Part shown: in pieces, positions 1 through 9,049 of the stretch
Layout: every line of letters begins with the position of its first letter
How positions within the stretch are numbered: the first letter of the stretch is position 1
Assembly (NCBI GenBank): GCA_963732945.1
Contig: CAVTBL010000004.1
Coordinates: 273,864 to 337,863, forward strand
Direction: 5' to 3'
DNA length: 64,000 nt
Source of the DNA: an uncultured Chloroflexia bacterium
GTDB taxonomy: Bacteria; Chloroflexota; Dehalococcoidia; DSTF01; WHTK01
Notes under the pieces: generated by a model
Told to the model about the DNA's origin: nothing
Databases searched by the model: none
What the model saw: only the letters and a program-made list of their open reading frames with translations
Position numbers and translations under genes: made by a program

Positions 1-1
1 G

Positions 2-400
2 ATGCAGCCGCTAATTGGCGCACGTCGGGGCACCGTCCAGCTCGGGAACCTGATGCTCAACCGAGACACCTTCCATGTCTCGGTCGGCCAGGAACCCGTC
101 CTCCTCGGCAAGCATGAGTTCGACCTGCTCGAAGCTCTTGTGTTGCAGCCGGACCTGATCATTCACTCGGACGACCTCAGCGAAATGCTCTGGAATGAGA
201 CGAATCGGCGATGCCGCAGACGTCTATCCGTCATGGTCTTCCGCCTGCGTACAAAGCTCACCGGTCTCGGTCCCTACAGGATCGAGTCCGCGAGGAGCCG
301 CGGTTACGGTCTTGTCCTGGATGAGCAACCAACAATCTTAGGCAAAGGAGGCTTCAGTGGAGCAGACGCTGCCGGGCGGTATCCTGCTTCTGGGCGATGA
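2..400 (+). CDS. C-terminal winged-helix (OmpR/PhoB-type) DNA-binding domain of a response regulator; the 5' end lies outside the window
   Basis: The translation has the OmpR-type output domain pattern (KHEFDLLEALV ... RRLSVMVFRLRTKL ... SRGYGLVL). The open frame runs off the left edge. Confidence 0.75.
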   Translation: MQPLIGARRGTVQLGNLMLNRDTFHVSVGQEPVLLGKHEFDLLEALVLQPDLIIHSDDLSEMLWNETNRRCRRRLSVMVFRLRTKLTGLGPYRIESARSRGYGLVLDEQPTILGKGGFSGADAAGRYPASGR

Positions 401-758
401 CCTGTCATTCTTAACGGAGCTGTCGACCGATTTAAGGAGCATTTGCCGCAGCGTGGTGATTACAGCAGCTCCGGATGCGGTGCGAAGCGGCGGGCAAGGT
501 GGGTTCGGCGCCCCGGCAGCGGCAGTTGTTTGTCTTGACGGTTCGGAGAATCTCGGTGATGTTCACGCCCTGATGGGAAAGTATCCAGGAACCACGTTCC
601 TCTTCCTATCCGGGACGGCGCCTCCTCGGGCTTCGATAGCTCGCGCAGTCCATCGCGGCGGTGGTGAGATCATCCCGCGCGCCGAGAGCCGTCTGGTGAT
701 CACCGCAACCCTGGTCGCGATGATGGCGCGCAGTCCTCGCGCAGCAGCTGATTCATGA
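357..758 (+). CDS. Stand-alone CheY-like receiver (REC)-like domain protein
   Basis: A GTG start at 357 follows GGAGG (347-351) by 5 nt. The spacing LLLGDD ... VVCLDG ... FLFLSG resembles the receiver acidic pocket, acceptor Asp and conserved Ser/Thr. The stop overlaps the next gene start. The assignment rests on motifs only. Confidence 0.45.
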   Translation: MEQTLPGGILLLGDDLSFLTELSTDLRSICRSVVITAAPDAVRSGGQGGFGAPAAAVVCLDGSENLGDVHALMGKYPGTTFLFLSGTAPPRASIARAVHRGGGEIIPRAESRLVITATLVAMMARSPRAAADS

Positions 759-1888
759 GTGAACAACGCCCCGATCCGGACGCGATCCTTGCGCGTATAA
801 AACGCGAGGAGCGAGAGAGTGAGAGAGGCGGGAGAGGCCACCTGCGCATCTATCTCGGCGCCTTTCCCGGCGTCGGCAAGACGTTCGCGATGCTCAACGA
901 GGCGCACCGGCGCCAGCGCTACGGCGAGGACGTGGTCGTTGGCTTCGCCGAGACGCACGGGCGCAGGGTCACGCAGCAGGAGCTCGAGGGTCTCGAGATG
1001 CTGCCACGAAAACGCATCGACTACCACGGCGTTATCGTGGAAGAGCTCGACGTGGACGCCGTGCTGCAGCGGCACCCGCAGGTCTGCCTGGTCGATGAAC
1101 TGGCTCACACGAACGTCGCCGGCTCCGAGCGCGAGAAGCGATATGAGGACGTCGAGGTCATCCTCAACGCCGGCATCGACGTCGTCTCGACGCTGAACAT
1201 TCAGCATCTCCAGAGCCTGAACGATACGATCACCGGCATCACGGGCGTCCGCGTGCGCGAAACCGTACCGGACTCCGTCCTGGATGAAGCTGACGAGGTC
1301 ATCCTGATCGACCTGTCTCCCGAAGGCGCGCGTGCTCGGTTGCAGCACGGCAACGTCTATCCGCCTGAGCAGGCGAAGCAAGCACTCGAGGGTTTCTTCC
1401 GTCCAGAGAACCTGGCGGCGCTGCGAGAGTTGGCCTTGCGCCGAACAACGCAAGAAGTGGACGAGCAGCTAGAAGAGTACATGCGCGAGTCCACGCACAA
1501 AGCGGACGTGACCGAACGCGTCCTGGTGCTAATAGACCACGACTCGCTGTCGCGTGCGCTGCTGCGACATGCCTGGCGCCTGGCTCAGGGCTTCGACGCG
1601 GAGTTAATCATTGCCTACTTCAAGAGAGACCGGAGCAAGGATGAGGAGCGAGAGCTCGCCCAGACGCTCGAGCTCGCGGAGGACCTGAACGGCCGCATCT
1701 GCCAACTCGATGGCGAAGACCGGCCTGGCGCAGTTGCTGCCTTCCTGCGCGCGGAGGGAATCCGCCAGATGGTGCTGCAGAAGGAGCCGCGCCGCGGTCT
1801 GAGGGCAATGCTGAGTCCTTCGTTCGCCGGCCAGTTGATGGCGATCGCTCCGGACGTGAGCTTCTACCTCCCGGGGGTTCGGCCTTAG
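755..1888 (+). CDS. KdpD N-terminal sensor domain plus USP-like domain protein, without transmembrane or histidine-kinase core
   Basis: It shows a P-loop (GAFPGVGKTFAML), VDELAHTN, STLNIQHLQSLND and LRELALR motifs, all typical of the KdpD N-terminal domain. A USP-like tail follows. The ORF ends at 377 aa with no HisKA/HATPase region. Confidence 0.8.
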   Translation: MSEQRPDPDAILARIKREERESERGGRGHLRIYLGAFPGVGKTFAMLNEAHRRQRYGEDVVVGFAETHGRRVTQQELEGLEMLPRKRIDYHGVIVEELDVDAVLQRHPQVCLVDELAHTNVAGSEREKRYEDVEVILNAGIDVVSTLNIQHLQSLNDTITGITGVRVRETVPDSVLDEADEVILIDLSPEGARARLQHGNVYPPEQAKQALEGFFRPENLAALRELALRRTTQEVDEQLEEYMRESTHKADVTERVLVLIDHDSLSRALLRHAWRLAQGFDAELIIAYFKRDRSKDEERELAQTLELAEDLNGRICQLDGEDRPGAVAAFLRAEGIRQMVLQKEPRRGLRAMLSPSFAGQLMAIAPDVSFYLPGVRP

Positions 1889-2377
1889 AAACTGAGCTCG
1901 GACTACGACGGCGTCTCGTGCGAATGACGTAGAGCTTGGCGGTCCACACCGGTCGCTGGTCACGCCGGTCTCGCTCAATGATGATTGAAGGCATCCCCTT
2001 AGGTTGACAGTCTCGCGGATCGCGAAGACAGACTGGTCTTAGAGGTTTAGGCAAATTCGTACAGATGAAGATCGCTTAAAGCCCCTCCTCTGGCGTACCG
2101 ATTGGGTTGCCAGGTGGTTGTTACGCAGCTCCGCTCATTGAAGCGACGAAGCGACCTCTGGCAGGCAACGGAGCGTCTCCAGGAGCTTCGGGTCCGTCGA
2201 CTGCTGCGACCATACGCTCGGTCACAGCCTCTCCGAGCATCCGGCCGCTGCGGAGTTTTGGGCTGCAATCTGCAGAGGAGGTGCGCGCTGCGCCGGCATA
2301 CCGGTGCCTCAGCGAGTACTGGTTAAACGGCGGCGACAACGAGCTCACCACGCCCCACGTCCGTATCGTGAGACAGG

Positions 2378-2944
2378 CTAATTTCCCAGGTTGGCAGTGC
2401 CTGAGTCCGATCCGGAGCCGGCTAAGTACGCCGTCTCAACAAAGCTGTTCAATGCCTCTTCGCAGCGTTTAAGGCAGGCCTCGACCGTGCGTCGCTCGTC
2501 CATTCCGAAGGCGTCGCGTTCCACAATCTGGGCGAGCCAGCGCTTGCGCTTCTCGAGATCCTCTTCGAGTTCTTCAACCTCAGCAAACTGGAAGTCCTCC
2601 GCCTCCACGACACGTTGAACGTGCCTCAGGTAGCGCTCGCACTTTTCGATGAGGTCACGGTACTCGTCACGGCGGGCGCGGAGGTAAATGTCCTGCAAAT
2701 TTTCACTGCGAGTCTCGTCCGCGCCGTTGGCAATGAAGCTATGGGACCTGCCTCCCAGTTCGGTGATCTCAGCAAGGATGGCATCGATTCTTGGGCGCAG
2801 GGCCGGCAGATAAGGCAGGAACCAGACACCTGTATCGAGATATATAGCACCCAGCTTGCGAAGATGGCGCCAGACGAGCACTCGTTTTCGAGAAGGCTCG
2901 CTCGGAAGGACGTATGAGAGGATGAACCACTGATCTGAGGCCAC
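2378..2944 (-). CDS. ChrB-domain (chromate-resistance regulator-like) protein
   Basis: The N-terminus WFILSYVLPSEPSRKRVLVWRHLRKLGAIYLDTGVWFLP matches the ChrB N-terminal signature from memory. It lies divergent to a membrane-protein gene. Confidence 0.6.
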   Translation of the reverse strand: MASDQWFILSYVLPSEPSRKRVLVWRHLRKLGAIYLDTGVWFLPYLPALRPRIDAILAEITELGGRSHSFIANGADETRSENLQDIYLRARRDEYRDLIEKCERYLRHVQRVVEAEDFQFAEVEELEEDLEKRKRWLAQIVERDAFGMDERRTVEACLKRCEEALNSFVETAYLAGSGSDSGTANLGN

Positions 2945-3021
2945 TTGACGTCCTGAATGGTGGTGCTAGAGTTTTGCGGTGTAACAGGTGTTACATCAAA
3001 TTCAAGAGTCGGAGTCTCTGT

Positions 3022-3792
3022 ATGAAAGATGCCCTGCTAATCCTAGCATCGTTCCTCGCCTGCAGCGTCGAGATGGTCGAGGCCCTGACGATCGTCCTCG
3101 CCGTGGGCGTGACGAGGGGCTGGCGTTCGGCGCTTATGGGTGTTGGCGCAGGCCTCGTGGTCCTTGCCGCCGTCGTGGCCGCACTCGGGCCATCGCTCGT
3201 GAACTTCGTGCCGCTATCGGTCCTCCAGGTCGTCGTCGGTGCGCTGCTGCTGATTTTCGGCATGCAGTGGGTACGCAAAGCGGTCCAGCGCGCGGCCGGC
3301 GTCCGGTCCAAGCACAACGAAGACCAGATCTTCGAGGACGAAATGTCCGAGCTGCGCGGCGGCGCCGTAGTGGCCGGGGCGATGGACTGGACGGGATTCG
3401 TGGTCTCGTTCAAGGGAGTGTTTCTTGAGGGCCTCGAAGTGGCCTTCATCGTGCTGACCTTCGGCGCCAACTCCGGCAAGTTCGGCCTCACAGCCGCTGG
3501 TGCCGCCGCGGCCTTTGTTCTCTTCAGCGGCATCGCCTTGGTTGTGCACCGCCCCTTGAGCCGGGTCCCCGAAAACACGATCAAGTTCACCGTTGGTCTG
3601 ATGTTGATCTCGTTCGGCACCTTCTGGTCCGGCGAGGGTATCGGCGTTGATTGGAAGCTGAGCGACGGCACCATCCTCGTGGCTATCGCGGTCTACAGTC
3701 TCGTTGCCTTCGGCATGGTCGAGGTGCTGAAGCGCCGTAGCGTAGCTCGGCGCGTTAGCCTCGACGTGGCCAACATGGAGGCAGCGCAATGA
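3022..3792 (+). CDS. Two-repeat polytopic membrane protein (COG4280/GDT1-like; putative cation transporter)
   Basis: The ATG at 3022 follows GGAG. There are about 6-7 hydrophobic helices. Two internal repeats each carry an acidic motif (SVEMVEALTIVLAVG and FLEGLEVAFIVLTFG). The family call is tentative. Confidence 0.5.
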   Translation: MKDALLILASFLACSVEMVEALTIVLAVGVTRGWRSALMGVGAGLVVLAAVVAALGPSLVNFVPLSVLQVVVGALLLIFGMQWVRKAVQRAAGVRSKHNEDQIFEDEMSELRGGAVVAGAMDWTGFVVSFKGVFLEGLEVAFIVLTFGANSGKFGLTAAGAAAAFVLFSGIALVVHRPLSRVPENTIKFTVGLMLISFGTFWSGEGIGVDWKLSDGTILVAIAVYSLVAFGMVEVLKRRSVARRVSLDVANMEAAQ

Positions 3793-3977
3793 AGTACGTA
3801 AAGGGTTTCGGCTACTTCTGGTACGACTTCCTAGTCGGCGACTCCGCTGCGTTGGCGGTCGGAGGTGTGGGAGCCCTGCTCCTCGCGTATCTTGTCGTCC
3901 TGGCAGGCGCCCCCGCGTTGGCCGAAATCGTTCTTCCTCTCGTCGTAATCGCAACAATTATTGCCAGCCTTCTTTGA
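3789..3977 (+). CDS. Small two-helix membrane protein, translationally coupled to the upstream gene
   Basis: It has an ATGA stop/start overlap with the upstream gene. The 62-aa sequence is hydrophobic with a good GC3 pattern. Confidence 0.5.
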   Translation: MKYVKGFGYFWYDFLVGDSAALAVGGVGALLLAYLVVLAGAPALAEIVLPLVVIATIIASLL

Positions 3978-4014
3978 GACCGCGTGAAGGCAGAGCAGTG
4001 ACCGGATACACCGG

Positions 4015-4965
4015 ATGAACGTCTTCACACTGCCCGACAGCGCACATGGCGCCAAGTTCACGGATACGCTCGAAATCGATCAAGAAGCGCACCGGCTCTA
4101 TGCCGGCGACAATTGGAGCGGCGGTGTCGACATCTTCGATGTCTCGACACCGGAGGCGCGCTATCTCAAGACCGTACGGATGAGAGGCAACCTCTTCGGT
4201 ATCTGCGTCGCCAAGAACGTCAACAAGGTATTCGTCGGCCTCTCGGGCAGCACTCTTGCCGTGGTCGACATCGAGCCTGACTCGCCGACGTTCGAAACCA
4301 TGGTCGCGCGCATCAGCACCGGTGGCACCGGCAACGCCGACCTTATCGATTACGCCGCAGAGCTCAAGAAGGTCTACATCGCCAACCGCAACGACGGCTT
4401 CATGGCCGTCATCGATGCGGTCAACAACGTACTGCTAAAGAAGATCGAAGGCCTGGGTGGAGGCCTGGAGCAACCGCGCTTCAACCCAAGCGATGGCATG
4501 GTCTACCTCGCGGGAAATACCGATGACGTCGTCTACCAGATCGATGCGACGACGGACGAACTGGTTGCGACGTACCCTTTGAACGAGGACTGTCATCCCA
4601 ACGGCATGGCGATAAACCCAGATACAGGTGAGGCCTTACTGGCTTGTGCCAACCGCCAGCGTCCGCACACCGTAATCTTCGACCTCAAGGCCAAGCGGAT
4701 AGCATCGGTTATAGAGGAATGCGGGTCCGGGGATGGCGCCGTCTACGATCCGGTGGCCTCCCGGTTCTTCTTCGCAGCCTCCGGCTTCAGCGCTGGTCCC
4801 GTAGTCGGCATCTTCGGTGGCAACCCGGTGCGCTGGCTTGCGAACGTCCCCACTGGTCCGTTCGCAAGCTGGGTGGCCTTCGATCAAAGCAACCGCCTGC
4901 TCTATGCGCCGACCATTCGCGATGGCAAGCCGGCTCTGCTGAGCTTCGCCCTGCCGTCAACCTGA
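4015..4965 (+). CDS. Beta-propeller repeat protein (YVTN/NHL-like)
   Basis: It has repeated strand-turn motifs (LYAGD, VFVGL, VYIANRNDG, VYLAGNTDD, LLYAP) with roughly 40-50 aa periodicity. No signal peptide is evident. Confidence 0.5.
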   Translation: MNVFTLPDSAHGAKFTDTLEIDQEAHRLYAGDNWSGGVDIFDVSTPEARYLKTVRMRGNLFGICVAKNVNKVFVGLSGSTLAVVDIEPDSPTFETMVARISTGGTGNADLIDYAAELKKVYIANRNDGFMAVIDAVNNVLLKKIEGLGGGLEQPRFNPSDGMVYLAGNTDDVVYQIDATTDELVATYPLNEDCHPNGMAINPDTGEALLACANRQRPHTVIFDLKAKRIASVIEECGSGDGAVYDPVASRFFFAASGFSAGPVVGIFGGNPVRWLANVPTGPFASWVAFDQSNRLLYAPTIRDGKPALLSFALPST

Positions 4966-5005
4966 GCGTCCGGCGCTATTAGAACCCTGAGGGAGAGACG
5001 CATCC

Positions 5006-5500
5006 ATGTACGAGCACATTCTGGTTCCCTTAGACGGGTCGGATCTTGCAGAGGCGGCCGTCCCCTACGCGGAAGAGATTGCTCGCGCCTTCGGCAGCAA
5101 GGTTGCCCTGTTTCAGGTCATCAGGTCATTAGATTCGATCATCGCGGAGACGTTGCCATGGGGTTCGATGAATCCCGCCGAGCACGAGGTACCCCTCGGC
5201 GTTGCCAAGACCAGGTTCGAATCAGAGCAGCAAGCCGCTGAGGCGTACCTGAACTCAATTGTCAAGCAACTCGGAGACAAGGGTGTATCGGCTGAAGTCG
5301 AGGTGGCCGAAGGTGATGCGCGTGATGAGATCCTCTCGTACATCTCCAAAGCCGGCATTTCCCTTGTCGTAATGAGCAGTCACGGCCGTGGAGCGCTGGG
5401 TCGCCTCGTCCTGGGCAGCGTCGCCGATACGATTCTTCGTCGTGCCGGCATACCGGTGCTGCTGATTACGCCTGCCGCAATTGCTCAAGGCGCTCAGTGA
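5006..5500 (+). CDS. Universal stress protein (UspA family)
   Basis: It begins ILVPLDGS and ends VVMSSHGRGALGRLVLGSVADTILRRAGIPVLLI, the canonical Usp ATP-binding tail. Confidence 0.85.
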   Translation: MYEHILVPLDGSDLAEAAVPYAEEIARAFGSKVALFQVIRSLDSIIAETLPWGSMNPAEHEVPLGVAKTRFESEQQAAEAYLNSIVKQLGDKGVSAEVEVAEGDARDEILSYISKAGISLVVMSSHGRGALGRLVLGSVADTILRRAGIPVLLITPAAIAQGAQ

Positions 5501-5744
5501 TCGCGGAGAGAAGCAGCGCCGGTACGTTTCGTAATTCGTAGGACTCCCGGATCAGTTCATCGTGTGGGCGGGTAGGCGTTCTCTGGCGCGCCGAGCGTTC
5601 AGCGCTGCTCAGCGAGAGTCGCTACAAAGCGGTAGGTGGGGCGCTGGCGGATGCCGGCTTGATCGTCGAAGGCGTGCCCTTCATTGAAGAGTCCGCTCGG
5701 GTACGGGCAGCCCTGTTTGAATGTCGAAAGGGCAGATGCTTGAA

Positions 5745-6947
5745 CTAGTTAACCAGCGCTGGGAAGTTGTTCAGGCTGTTATCGTTGAGCGCCTGTCGAA
5801 TGGCGTCCGGGTTGACGCCGATGTCGACGATCTCCGCCTGAAGGTCACAGGAATTGCCCTTGCACCAGTTCCCGGCGGTAACCTGCGCCGGATCGATCAC
5901 GACTATCAGGAAGTTGACGATCGGCACGTTGGTCTTGCCGTTGGCATCCGGGAAAAGGCCACTCAGGACCGGGATCATCTTGACGAGCGACACGCCCGTA
6001 TAGCCCGGCAGGAACGGATTGCACTTGTCATTCAGGGAATAGCGCGTGGTCCCGTCGACGGTTTCGGTCTGAATTATCTTGGCGAGCGTGTTGCAGTCGC
6101 TCGGGACGTTGTCCACCAGGAACTGGACGGAGCTCCTGACCGCCGCGATGTTGTTGCCAGGTTCGGTATCGACGCTGGTTTGGCAGTCCTCGCCAGCAGT
6201 GGCAGCCGCAGCCACGCATAGTGGCGTGATTGCGCCGAAACAGATCGCATCTTTGAGCTTGCGCTCCTCCAAACTGCCGGGTTCGGGGAAACCACAGTTG
6301 GAACCGCCACCAGACGAATCGATGGCCAGGGTCCAGAAGTTGCCGGTATTGGAGCCACAGCCTCCGCCGCTGCCATTCTGGGAGTCGTACTTGATCGTCA
6401 CGACTGAGCCGCCGTGCATCTCGCCACTATCGCCGGTGTTCGGAAGCCCGTCAGGACCAAAGACGCACGTCTTCTCGACGCCGAACGGGGCCATGCCAAC
6501 GCCGCCGCCGACGGAGAAGTGGGTCGCCGACGCACAGACCGAGACGTCGGCTTTGTTGATCCCGAGCACGCGGGCGAACGTCGTGCTGCGGGTCCTCTTC
6601 AGCTTCACCATGATCGTATTGCTCGCGGTTTGACCAGAGCAGGTCTGGTTGAAATAGATTCCCTTTACTTCCGACGCGTCGACGCTGTTCTTCGTGCTCC
6701 AGGTCATGGCGGTTTCGATCGCGGTGCTGTTGCCCGAAGCGTCAGTCTTCAGTTGGCTTGCCCCGGCCAGCGCCATGGCGTCGGCAGCATTTTGCAAATT
6801 GCGTCGGTCATGGGTTAGCAGGCCGAGGTCGACCACGAGGGCGGTGAACCCCAGGACCACTACCATGACGAAGGCCGCGGCGATGACCAGCTGGCCGCTC
6901 TGCCCATCGCCGGCGCGCCCCAGTCGCGAGAGCATGCGCCCTGGCAT
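5745..6947 (-). CDS. tadG: TadG-like pilus-assembly/pseudopilin protein (pair 1), Cys-rich ectodomain
   Basis: The N-terminus is GDGQSGQLVIAAAFVMVVVLGFTALVVDLGLL...NLQNAADAMALAGA, a TadG/Tad_N signature. The start ATG overlaps the tadE stop by 1 nt (TGATG). The remainder contains many Cys residues. Confidence 0.75.
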   Translation of the reverse strand: MPGRMLSRLGRAGDGQSGQLVIAAAFVMVVVLGFTALVVDLGLLTHDRRNLQNAADAMALAGASQLKTDASGNSTAIETAMTWSTKNSVDASEVKGIYFNQTCSGQTASNTIMVKLKRTRSTTFARVLGINKADVSVCASATHFSVGGGVGMAPFGVEKTCVFGPDGLPNTGDSGEMHGGSVVTIKYDSQNGSGGGCGSNTGNFWTLAIDSSGGGSNCGFPEPGSLEERKLKDAICFGAITPLCVAAAATAGEDCQTSVDTEPGNNIAAVRSSVQFLVDNVPSDCNTLAKIIQTETVDGTTRYSLNDKCNPFLPGYTGVSLVKMIPVLSGLFPDANGKTNVPIVNFLIVVIDPAQVTAGNWCKGNSCDLQAEIVDIGVNPDAIRQALNDNSLNNFPALVN

Positions 6948-7405
6948 CACTCCACTCTCATGTCGCTGGTCGACTTGATAGTGATCGAGGACGGTACGCC
7001 GCTGCCAAAGATGCTCATGAGGCCGCCGAGCGGAGTCACCATCTTGTAGTCGTACTGGACCGTCACTCGTGCGGAATCGCCGGTTGTAAAGTCGCAATCA
7101 GCAGGATCGATGGTGATTTGCGAACCTGAGGTGACGAGGCCGCCGGATGAATCCTCAACGCGTTGTTTGATGCTGTCACAGGTTGCATGAACGGCGGCCA
7201 GCCTCGCACCTTCGCGCGCTGAGTTGGTGATGCTGATCCACGCTCTCAGGCCCAGCCCAAAATCGACGACGCCCATGACCAGAATGAGGAAGATCGGCAA
7301 CACCAGGGCCAACTCCACCAGTGCCTGGCCTCGCTGCTTGCGTTCGCCTGTCGTTCGGCGTAGTGCGCCGGCATTGTGTCCGTTCGGAGTCGGCGAAGTA
7401 ATCAT
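6947..7405 (-). CDS. tadE: TadE-like pseudopilin (pair 1)
   Basis: It has RGQALVELALVLPIFLILVMGVVDFG...NAAREGAR, the TadE N-terminal signature. The C-terminus is ...MRVE, as in the other two tadE copies. The start is uncertain (7405 or 7471). Confidence 0.7.
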   Translation of the reverse strand: MITSPTPNGHNAGALRRTTGERKQRGQALVELALVLPIFLILVMGVVDFGLGLRAWISITNSAREGARLAAVHATCDSIKQRVEDSSGGLVTSGSQITIDPADCDFTTGDSARVTVQYDYKMVTPLGGLMSIFGSGVPSSITIKSTSDMRVE

Positions 7406-7810
7406 TTTCCACTGAAATAGTCGGCAGATCAGGCGTGATAAAAAGCGGAAAAAGACTTCCGATAAAGTCAAGAAATAGTCGGGAAAATAAAGTCAGTAGA
7501 GGCCGACGAATATGGCAGATTCAGGAGATATTGCACATAATTTCTGGCAGAAGCGTCCCTCGATGCGGTCGGGAAAAGCAAAAGCTTAATCGGACATCGC
7601 AGGCCACTATTCTCGACCCGACGTCCTCCGCTTCGAGGTCCATGCGAGACCCAGGAAGCCTGTGTATCGGCTCACTGACCCGATGATAACGGCGAAGTAG
7701 CTGTCTGAGTTCCCGCGCCATCGAGCGCGAACTCAGTCAGCGTGGTAGAGGTGTCTCAGAGTGATTCGGCCGGACACGCACCTGGTCCCATATCTCCTGG
7801 CCTGCACGCG

Positions 7811-8950
7811 TTAGCTCCGCCAGATCTTGCGCGCCGTTTTCACGACCAGCTCAAGCTTGGCGTGCTGCTCTTCGAAGCTGAGGGGATTGCCCGCGCCCGA
7901 CGAAGCGAAGCCGCATTGCGTGCTCAGCGCCAGGTTCTCGAGTGGTATGAAGCGGGTGGCCTCGCGGATGCGGCTCTCGACCGCGGCGACGTCCTCCAGC
8001 GCTCCGTTCTTGGTCGTTAGCAGGCCCAGCACGACCGTCGCGCCGCCGCGAACGTGTTCGAGTGGCTCGAAGCCGCCTGCGCGCTCGGTGTCGTACTCGA
8101 GTAGCAGCGTGTCGATGTTGGTTAAGCGAGGGAACATCTGCGCCGCCAGGTGCTCGTAGCCGCCACTGGCGGACCAGTAACCGCCGCCGCCGTTGCCGCG
8201 ACAGACGTGAATCGCGCGCGTGACGCCGCTGAGACCCTCGAACAGCGAGTTATCGAGCTCGGCGTCCGCGATCAGATCGGCCTCGAGGTCGCGACCTTCG
8301 GCCTCGAAGGCTGCGCGCACGTCCGGGTCGGTGTAAGCCTGGCCGTAGTTCGGCGCGTCGATCTGGACGTAGTTGCAGCCCATCGCAATCACGCGGTCGA
8401 CGACTTCTCGCCGGATGAAGTCGCGTACGGCCAGCAGGTAGGCGTCGACCGTCGGGTAGGCGTCGCTCGAGTCCTTCTCGTGCCAGAAGTGGCGGTGGTA
8501 GCTGGGCGCCGTGAACGTGTACTTGGTCCGGAAGCCGGCGTTCTGGCTGAGGAAGCCGTACTCGCTGGTAGCGATGTCGTTGCGCAGACGCAGCGGCGTC
8601 TTGATCACCGTCCCGGGGCCAAGGTTGCGCGGCACGATGTTGCCGGAGCTGTCGCGCCAGAACTTCATGTACGTGATGCGATAGTCCTCGGCGGGACCGT
8701 AACCCTCGAAGGGGGCGTTGGGCTGGTAGCTGGTCGAAGGGTTCCAGCCGACGCGCCGGTATTCGCCGTCCGTGATCACATCCAGCCCGACAGACTTCTG
8801 CAGCTCGATCGCCTCCAGGATCGCCCGGTCCTCGACAGCGCGCAGGTCTTCGGCGCTGATCTTGCCGTCGCGCGCCTGCTGACGCGCCTCGTACAGGTAG
8901 GCGGGACGCAGGAGACTACCGACCGTCTCGGCGCGGGCTGTTGCGACCAT
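7811..8950 (-). CDS. MetE C-terminal-domain-like Zn-dependent alkyl/methyltransferase family protein (paralog 1)
   Basis: It carries VGSLLRP...DGEYRR, the H-x-C motif (IHVCRGN) and STQCGFAS, which correspond to the Zn ligands of cobalamin-independent methionine synthase and its relatives. AAGGAG precedes the ATG. Confidence 0.8.
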   Translation of the reverse strand: MVATARAETVGSLLRPAYLYEARQQARDGKISAEDLRAVEDRAILEAIELQKSVGLDVITDGEYRRVGWNPSTSYQPNAPFEGYGPAEDYRITYMKFWRDSSGNIVPRNLGPGTVIKTPLRLRNDIATSEYGFLSQNAGFRTKYTFTAPSYHRHFWHEKDSSDAYPTVDAYLLAVRDFIRREVVDRVIAMGCNYVQIDAPNYGQAYTDPDVRAAFEAEGRDLEADLIADAELDNSLFEGLSGVTRAIHVCRGNGGGGYWSASGGYEHLAAQMFPRLTNIDTLLLEYDTERAGGFEPLEHVRGGATVVLGLLTTKNGALEDVAAVESRIREATRFIPLENLALSTQCGFASSGAGNPLSFEEQHAKLELVVKTARKIWRS

Positions 8951-9049
8951 GAAAGGGCTCCTTCTAAGACTCGAGGTGATTGGTGATGCTGGTATCGGGC
9001 GCGAGCATGAGGTTGCAGTTGCTGGCGCACCTTCGCGGCGAAGACAAAA

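Noticed and set aside
563-1453. A 296-aa minus-strand ORF, plus similar long antisense ORFs such as 8150-8986, 12294-13436, 20567-21556, 27167-28258 and 28273-29031
   Set aside because: Each lies opposite a gene with clear family motifs. Each has shadow-ORF composition and no RBS or motif support.
1889-2377. A non-coding stretch of about 490 bp between the KdpD-N gene and the ChrB-like gene. I examined it for RNase P RNA, tmRNA, SRP/6S RNA, a cobalamin or other riboswitch, or a decayed gene
   Set aside because: I could not find any hallmark conserved box of these RNAs. The short ORFs there (73-121 aa) have no recognisable motifs. It remains unassigned. A covariance-model scan (Rfam) would settle the question.
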